A stretch of 64,000 nt of DNA from Phycisphaerales bacterium. Lineage in GTDB: Bacteria > Planctomycetota > Phycisphaerae > Phycisphaerales > UBA1924. The stretch covers positions 1,694,757 through 1,758,756 of the forward strand of contig OZ246976.1 of NCBI GenBank assembly GCA_965232505.1. Direction: 5' to 3'. Made by a program: the position numbers and the translations under genes. Positions 58,519 through 64,000 of the stretch are shown here, piece after piece. The notes under the pieces are model-generated. The model searched no databases. It was not told where the DNA came from and worked only from the letters and a program-made list of their open reading frames with translations. Each line of letters starts with the position of its first letter. Position 1 is the stretch's first letter.

Positions 58519-59387
58519 GCGGGGCGCCGTGTCCAATCTGCCAAACCACGTCCGCGGAGTGCGGGCGCATCGTCCACAACAGTCCCGCGATGGTCGCGGG
58601 GGTTGAGATCGATCTGGGTGATGCTCGGTTTGAGATGCACAGCTGTCCGAGCTGCGGTTTGCAGTTCAAGCACCCATTCATCCCAGAAGACCAGCTCATC
58701 GCGTGCTACGAGCAAGCATCCGGCGATCATTGGGAGGACGCGCCTGATCCCTATAAGCGTAGGTTCGACGACATCGAGCGCGTCATCAACGCGCACGCGA
58801 GCGGCCCCAAGGTGCTGGATATTGGGTGCTCCAACGGGGCGTTGCTCGGATACATGGGGCAGTCGTGGGAACGCTCCGGGATCGAGCCGGGGCAGCAAGC
58901 AGCGGAGCACGCGGAGCAGCGCGGCGTGCGGATCATCGCGCCGATGCTCGAGCAGTGCGAAACAGACGAACAATTCGATGTGATCCTCGCGATCGATGTG
59001 CTCGAGCATCTGCTCGATCCAAGCGATTTCATCGAGCGCGTCCGAGGGTTGCTGACTGAGGGCGGGATCTTCGTTGGTTTTACCGGAGACACGGACGCAC
59101 GCTCATGGAAGTGGCACGGCTCGCGGTACTGGTACGCCTCGCTCCCGGAGCATCAGGTGTTCTACAACAGAACAACGATCGATCAGCTCGCACAAACGCA
59201 CGGCTTCGAGGTTGTGCACTACGAGCGGACGAGCCATGCGCGATTCAAGTCAACGCGCAGTGTGCGCGACAATATCAGGGGCGCGATCTGGGGGCTCATG
59301 ATGCGACTGGGGATGCACAAGCATGCGTCCCCGCCGGGGTGGCTTCCCGCGAAGGATCACATGCTCTTTGCGATCAAGCTTCGGTAG
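58515..59387 (+). CDS. Class I SAM-dependent methyltransferase with N-terminal Cys4 zinc-ribbon
   Basis: CPIC...CPSC ribbon and VLDIGCSNGALL SAM motif I. The GTG at 58515 overlaps the preceding stop (GTGA). Confidence 0.78.
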   Translation: MSGAPCPICQTTSAECGRIVHNSPAMVAGVEIDLGDARFEMHSCPSCGLQFKHPFIPEDQLIACYEQASGDHWEDAPDPYKRRFDDIERVINAHASGPKVLDIGCSNGALLGYMGQSWERSGIEPGQQAAEHAEQRGVRIIAPMLEQCETDEQFDVILAIDVLEHLLDPSDFIERVRGLLTEGGIFVGFTGDTDARSWKWHGSRYWYASLPEHQVFYNRTTIDQLAQTHGFEVVHYERTSHARFKSTRSVRDNIRGAIWGLMMRLGMHKHASPPGWLPAKDHMLFAIKLR

Positions 59388-60216
59388 CGTGCTCTGCAAA
59401 GAGTTCTGAAAGAGTTTGACCTCTGAATCGAGCGATGTCTCTGCGTTCTTGGAGTCCGCGTGCGTTGAGTGCTCGGTCCGCGTAGTACGCGATTCGGCCG
59501 AGCTGGTAGCGGATGGGGTTGTTGCGGTAGTGCGGGTAGCGCTCATCGAGGATGGCGCGTTCCTTGTCGTACTGCGCTCTCCAGCGTTCGTTCTCGCCTT
59601 TGGCATCGGTGTGGATCCGGTGGATCCCGATGTACTTGTTGATCCGCCGTGCGTTTGCGGTCGGGAGCATCCGATACCAGAGATCGGTGTCCATCGTGCA
59701 GTGCATGGATCGGTCGAGCCCGCCGACGCTTTCGTAGAGCGATCTGCGGAAGAAGGTGCTGGGTTGATGGGTGCGCATGTATCCGAACCTCGCCCAGCGG
59801 TGGGAGGGTCCTGCTCTGCGATCGCAGCGGATGACCTCGGAGCGTTCGTTGACGACGATCGTGTTGCCTTCAAAGAGTCCGGTGTTCGTGCAGCACGAGA
59901 ACCAGTCGCGCATCTCTTTGACAGCGCCGGGAAAGAGGGCGTCGTCGGAGTTGACCCACGCGAGGATGTCTCCGGTGGCGCGTTTGAATCCGTTGATGAT
60001 CGCATCGGATTGGCCGTCGTCCTTCTCGGATTGCCAGTGGGTCAGGTGCGGCGCGTAGCGTTCGATGATGTCTTTGGATCCGTCGTCGGATCCGCCGTCC
60101 ATGACGATGAGCTCGTGGATCTGGTCGCGTTGAGCGCACAACGACATCAGCGCCTCGTCGAGGTATCGCGCCTGGTTATACGAAGGCACAACGATCGAGA
60201 CAGTGGGGATCGGCAT
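59374..60216 (-). CDS. Family 2 glycosyltransferase
   Basis: VSIVVPSYNQARYL, MDGGSDDGS, VNSDD (DxD-like). The start was chosen at the internal MPIPTV (ATG 60214-60216). Confidence 0.85.
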   Translation of the reverse strand: MPIPTVSIVVPSYNQARYLDEALMSLCAQRDQIHELIVMDGGSDDGSKDIIERYAPHLTHWQSEKDDGQSDAIINGFKRATGDILAWVNSDDALFPGAVKEMRDWFSCCTNTGLFEGNTIVVNERSEVIRCDRRAGPSHRWARFGYMRTHQPSTFFRRSLYESVGGLDRSMHCTMDTDLWYRMLPTANARRINKYIGIHRIHTDAKGENERWRAQYDKERAILDERYPHYRNNPIRYQLGRIAYYADRALNARGLQERRDIARFRGQTLSELFAEHATEA

Positions 60217-60251
60217 CGCTTGGGTGAGTTTTTCGGGGGGGTTGGGGTGGG

Positions 60252-60584
60252 TTAGCTGAGTCCGAGGAGTTCGATCTCGAAGATCAGGTCGGCGCGTGCT
60301 GGGATCGCTGGTGGTGATCCGAACTCGCCGTAGGCTTTGGCGTAGGGGATGGTCAGCTTGCGCTTGCCGCCGACTTTCATGCCCGGGATGCCTTCTTGCC
60401 ATCCCTGGATGAGGTTGTTGAGCGGGAAGTTGATGGACTGCCCGCGATCGTATGAGGAGTCGAAGACGGTGCCGTCCATGAGCGTGCCTTTGTAGTGGAC
60501 CTCAACCGTCGCGCCTTGTGGGCACTCCATGCCGTCGCCGGTGGTGATGTCTTCGATGATGATGTCGGTGATTGGTTCGCTCAT
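60252..60584 (-). CDS. FKBP-type peptidyl-prolyl cis-trans isomerase
   Basis: VHYKGTLMDGTVFDSSY, GWQEGIPGMKVGGKRKLTIP, LIFEIELL. Confidence 0.92.
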   Translation of the reverse strand: MSEPITDIIIEDITTGDGMECPQGATVEVHYKGTLMDGTVFDSSYDRGQSINFPLNNLIQGWQEGIPGMKVGGKRKLTIPYAKAYGEFGSPPAIPARADLIFEIELLGLS

Positions 60585-60653
60585 TTCAGGTTCCTTCTGT
60601 TGGTGTCGCTCAATGGTAGTCTCGGCTCAGTCGGGGCGATGTTGGACACTGAG

Positions 60654-61424
60654 CTAGATCCCAAAGATCTTGTGGAAACGGACAATTGTGCGGATTTTGA
60701 GCTTGTCGATCCTTGAGTAGTACCGATCTCGGCAGAGGTTGAACTCGTCGTGCATCGTCTGCTGGTGCTGCGATTTGGTGGAGAGGCCGCCGAGTTTGAA
60801 GACCGAAACACAGATCGGGACAGCGCAGAAAAGCACCCCGAGTTTGTGGAGCGCTCGGAGGGACCATTCGTAATCCCCTCCGATCAAAAACGACTGTTCA
60901 TACGGCCCAACCCGCTCGAATGCGGACCTGCTGATCAGCATCGCTTGGTGACTCATCGCGCCGCGATACAGCGAGACCCTGCTCGCTTTCTTGGCGCTGT
61001 GGTAGATGCTCTTTCCGGTCGCTGGATCAAAGAGCAGGATGTCGCCGTGGTAGATGTCGGCGCCTTGTGATCGCTGGACCGCGTCGACCAGCGCGTCGAT
61101 GGTCTCTGGACGAATCAGCGTGTCCCCGGCATTGAGGAACAAGAGGAAGTCTCCGGTAGCGAGTTTGGCTCCTTTGTTCATCGCTTCGAAGATGCCGGAG
61201 TCTGCTTCGGAGATGAACGTGCTGACGACGTCTTGGTTCTGCTTGATGATGTCTTGCGTGCCGTCGGTTGAATCGCCGTCGATGATGATGTACTCGATAC
61301 GCGAGTACCGCTGGGCGCGTACAGACTCGATGGTGTCGATCAGCGCGTCGCGATCGTTCTTACAGACCGTGATGATCGAGATCCGTGGCGATTGAACATC
61401 ATGTGTCGCTGTGGTCTGTGGCAT
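60654..61424 (-). CDS. Family 2 glycosyltransferase
   Basis: ISIITVCKND, IIDGDSTDGT, FLNAGD (DxD-like region). Confidence 0.85.
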   Translation of the reverse strand: MPQTTATHDVQSPRISIITVCKNDRDALIDTIESVRAQRYSRIEYIIIDGDSTDGTQDIIKQNQDVVSTFISEADSGIFEAMNKGAKLATGDFLLFLNAGDTLIRPETIDALVDAVQRSQGADIYHGDILLFDPATGKSIYHSAKKASRVSLYRGAMSHQAMLISRSAFERVGPYEQSFLIGGDYEWSLRALHKLGVLFCAVPICVSVFKLGGLSTKSQHQQTMHDEFNLCRDRYYSRIDKLKIRTIVRFHKIFGI

Positions 61425-61477
61425 TCACTGATCGCCGTGTGTTCTGGGTTGATGATGAGACTGAACGTGCTCTTGTT

Positions 61478-62956
61478 TCAGAGCGTGCTCAGATCGAAAT
61501 ACTCGCTCACGTACGTGGGGATATGGGGGGCTTTGGTGAGTTTGACGACATCGAGGAGGCGCATGAGATCGCGTTTGAGCTTCTCTTGGATCCCATCCGC
61601 GTCGATCTCGTCGTCATCGATGGTACGGATATAGCGGTATCGGCCTCGGTCCCGTTCTTCGCCTTGGATATTGGTCAGCTCGATCGCTCCAAGCTCGGCG
61701 AGACGGATGAGGACGTAGTCCATGATCCCGCCTCCCAAGCCGTGGGCGTGTCCCTTGCCGATCACATGGATGCGGAGGTCGTCGCTGTCGAAATCGTCGT
61801 GCGCGAATCGCGCCTCGATCGCGCTCATGGTCTGCATGATCAGGTCGGGGGTGGGGTTCTGCCAGCGGATGAACTCTTGCTGGATGGTCAGGTCGGACTG
61901 TGCGTACAGGATCTTGCAGATCGAATCCAGCCCGTCGCGTCCGGCGCGTCCGACCTCCTGGTGGTACGCCTCGACCGATCCCGGCAGCTGCGCGTGGATC
62001 ACCGCACGCAGGTCGGACTTGTCCACCCCCATCCCGAACGCGTTGGTCGCGCACAGGAGCAGGTTCTCATCCGGAGTCGCGTTGATGAACTTCTTGTACA
62101 CGCGGCGACGCTCGCTTGGAGGGAGACGCCCGTGGTAGATCTCGACGGGACGATCCATCGCACGCTTGATCAGCGGCGCCATCCGATCGAGGTCCTTGAT
62201 GAGGGTGAAATAGACGATCGAAGTCCCTCGGACGTCCTTGAGCGTTTCGCGGAGCTTGTTGATTTTGTCGTCATCGTCCCAGACTTCGACGCACGAGAGT
62301 TTGAGGTTCGGTCGATCCACAGGAGCCGCGAACAACGGCATCTCGTCCTCGCTCGTTCCCACCACCACACGCACATCCTGACGCACCGCTTTGGTCGCTG
62401 TCGCGGTCAGCGCGATGGTGACAGGATTCCCAAGCTCCTTGCGGAACTCACCGATCCGCTGGTACGCGGGACGCAGGTCGTGTCCCCACTTGGTGACGCA
62501 GTGGCACTCGTCGATCGCGAGGAGATTGACCCCGCCGGGACATTGGTCGAGCGCTTCGCGAAAGTCGTCCTTGGTCATCCGTTCCGGAGTCGCGTAGAAC
62601 AGCTCGTACTCGCCTTCAGCGAGTTTTTTGTATCGCTTCCGCCGTTCGTTCTTGGGGACTGTGGAGTTGACATACTCCGCTTTGATCCCTCGCTGCTTGA
62701 GCGCGTGGACCTGGTCCTCCATCAGCGCGATGAGGGGCGAGAAGATGAGTCCGATGCCCTCGCCGTCGCATTCTTCGCGCATCGCGAGTGCTGGGAGCTG
62801 GAAGCACAGCGACTTCCCCGATCCTGTGGGCATGACGACCAGCGCGTCCTGCCCTTCCATGACGTGGTTGATGATCCGGGACTGCAACGGACGGAGCTCG
62901 TCGAGCCCGAAGCGGTCGTGGAGGATAGAACTGAGCATCGCCGAGGTCATCGGCAA
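61478..62956 (-). CDS. recQ: RecQ-family ATP-dependent DNA helicase (short form, no HRDC evident)
   Basis: MPTGSGKSLCFQLPA, IDECHCVTKWGHDLRPAY (DExH), TATAT, NAFGMGVDKSDLR, QEVGRAGRDG. Confidence 0.9.
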   Translation of the reverse strand: MPMTSAMLSSILHDRFGLDELRPLQSRIINHVMEGQDALVVMPTGSGKSLCFQLPALAMREECDGEGIGLIFSPLIALMEDQVHALKQRGIKAEYVNSTVPKNERRKRYKKLAEGEYELFYATPERMTKDDFREALDQCPGGVNLLAIDECHCVTKWGHDLRPAYQRIGEFRKELGNPVTIALTATATKAVRQDVRVVVGTSEDEMPLFAAPVDRPNLKLSCVEVWDDDDKINKLRETLKDVRGTSIVYFTLIKDLDRMAPLIKRAMDRPVEIYHGRLPPSERRRVYKKFINATPDENLLLCATNAFGMGVDKSDLRAVIHAQLPGSVEAYHQEVGRAGRDGLDSICKILYAQSDLTIQQEFIRWQNPTPDLIMQTMSAIEARFAHDDFDSDDLRIHVIGKGHAHGLGGGIMDYVLIRLAELGAIELTNIQGEERDRGRYRYIRTIDDDEIDADGIQEKLKRDLMRLLDVVKLTKAPHIPTYVSEYFDLSTL

Positions 62957-62986
62957 GGGTATGAACGCGTGGGTGGTAAGTCTCGA

Positions 62987-64000
62987 TTAAATCGCAGAAT
63001 CCACCGAAGCGTTCTTGTTGGCGCGGAGCCACTCGAGCTTCTTGACGTACATGACGCACGTGCTCACGTACGTCGCGTGCGACCACGTCAGCGGCGAGAC
63101 GGAGATCGGATCTCCCGAGTACGGATCGAACTGCTCCGCGAGCACCCCAGACGGACGCGTCCGCTGGTGGGTCCACTCAAGCAATCGCATCGCGGGCTTG
63201 AGCTCGTCGATGGAGGTCGCTTTCTCGATCTGGTACTGCGCCTGCCAGAGCGTGCAGATGACCCACGGGTTCCCTGGGACCTCGTCGGTGTTCTCGGTCT
63301 CGATCTGGTGGTAGTAGTCGCGCTCGTAGCGGGCGCACCCTCCGACGTCGGTCTTGACCCACAAGCGATCGCGCATGGTCTCCATCTCGGACTTGATGAG
63401 CGGGTCGCTGGAATCGAACGCATCGAACGCAAAGAGCGCGAAGTTGGCGCTGTCGCGTGTCATGTCGAGGCGGTAGCTACCATCTTCGAGCGGGACGGCC
63501 ATGCGCGCGAAGTGGCCGCGTTCATCGTGCCAGAAGTGACGACGCAGCGCGCCCTTCATCCGCTCAGCGCCCTCTCTGAATGCAGCGGAGAGGTCCATCT
63601 CTCCGAAATCGCTCGCGAACTCGGACGCCGCGTTGAGCGCCCCGATCGTCGCGGCGACCGTGAACGTGTGGATCCCACGCCGTTCTTCCCACAGGTCCCA
63701 TGACGGGAGCGGGAGTCCGTTGTGATCTCGATGCTCAAGCATCCATTTCGCGGGCTTGAGCACGAGCTTGACATACAACGGCTTGATGAACTCCACATCG
63801 CGGAACTCGTTGAAGTGCTGGCGCAGCGCCCAGAGCGTGAGCGCGGTCTCGTCTTGCTGGATCGGGAGGACGGGCTTGCCGTCGATCATCCAGGGGTGCC
63901 AAGAGCTCGCGAGATCACCCTCGGGGTTGTACTTGTGCAGGAAGTAGGGCTTGTCACCGATGCACTCAGCAGCATAACGGAAGAAGTTCCGGCTCAGCTC
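62987..64000 (-). CDS. Glycoside hydrolase family 15 (glucoamylase-like) protein, 5' end outside the window
   Basis: The frame stays open to the window edge: ...FLHKYNPEGDLASSWHPWMIDGKPVLPIQQDETALTLWAL. It has (alpha/alpha)6-barrel motifs and C-terminal LAEQFDP...PLTWSHA. Confidence 0.85.
   Translation of the reverse strand, partial: ELSRNFFRYAAECIGDKPYFLHKYNPEGDLASSWHPWMIDGKPVLPIQQDETALTLWALRQHFNEFRDVEFIKPLYVKLVLKPAKWMLEHRDHNGLPLPSWDLWEERRGIHTFTVAATIGALNAASEFASDFGEMDLSAAFREGAERMKGALRRHFWHDERGHFARMAVPLEDGSYRLDMTRDSANFALFAFDAFDSSDPLIKSEMETMRDRLWVKTDVGGCARYERDYYHQIETENTDEVPGNPWVICTLWQAQYQIEKATSIDELKPAMRLLEWTHQRTRPSGVLAEQFDPYSGDPISVSPLTWSHATYVSTCVMYVKKLEWLRANKNASVDSAI

Noticed and set aside
61385-63703. 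772-aa plus-strand ORF spanning recQ and the GH15 gene
   Set aside because: It is antisense to two genes with strong family motifs. Its composition (R/D/V/G/L-rich, low complexity) is typical of GC-rich shadow ORFs.

Overview
High-GC (roughly 60% or more by eye) bacterial chromosomal segment. Protein signatures suggest a Planctomycetota/PVC-type organism: prepilin-type N-termini (GFTLIELLVV) of the DUF1559 kind, PEP-CTERM tails, a BatA-type N-terminal anchor, and an LAB_N domain. Most of the window is densely packed housekeeping. This includes gyrB, rarA, ruvX, ruvA, comM/yifB-like, LolCDE-like ABC genes, nuoH, lepA, rlmE, rpmF-plsX-fabH-fabD-fabG, recQ, glycosyltransferases, peptidases and many secreted hypothetical proteins. 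Two tRNAs are present. All functional calls come from motif recognition in the supplied translations or my own translations; no database search was possible. Five things stand out. (1) A clear cobalamin riboswitch lies on the minus strand at about 51700-51885. It heads an operon with none of the usual B12 regulon genes: a PEP-CTERM secreted protein, a PQQ-like beta-propeller and a DUF1559 pseudopilin. This is a candidate undescribed corrinoid-responsive surface or uptake module. (2) The tRNA at 29009-29093 has Tyr-like class II architecture (3-bp D stem, long variable arm) but a Cys anticodon GCA and discriminator U73. (3) A small island sits directly after lepA. It holds a roughly 40% GC membrane ORF and a thioredoxin-like ORF, each followed by a near-identical 97-nt nested palindrome, giving a cassette-like layout. 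(4) A secreted TPR/HExxH gene appears to be split by a frameshift near 9985-10010. (5) An XRE-cupin regulator has paired operator motifs overlapping divergent near-consensus promoters. No CRISPR array, transposase, integrase or prophage genes were seen.
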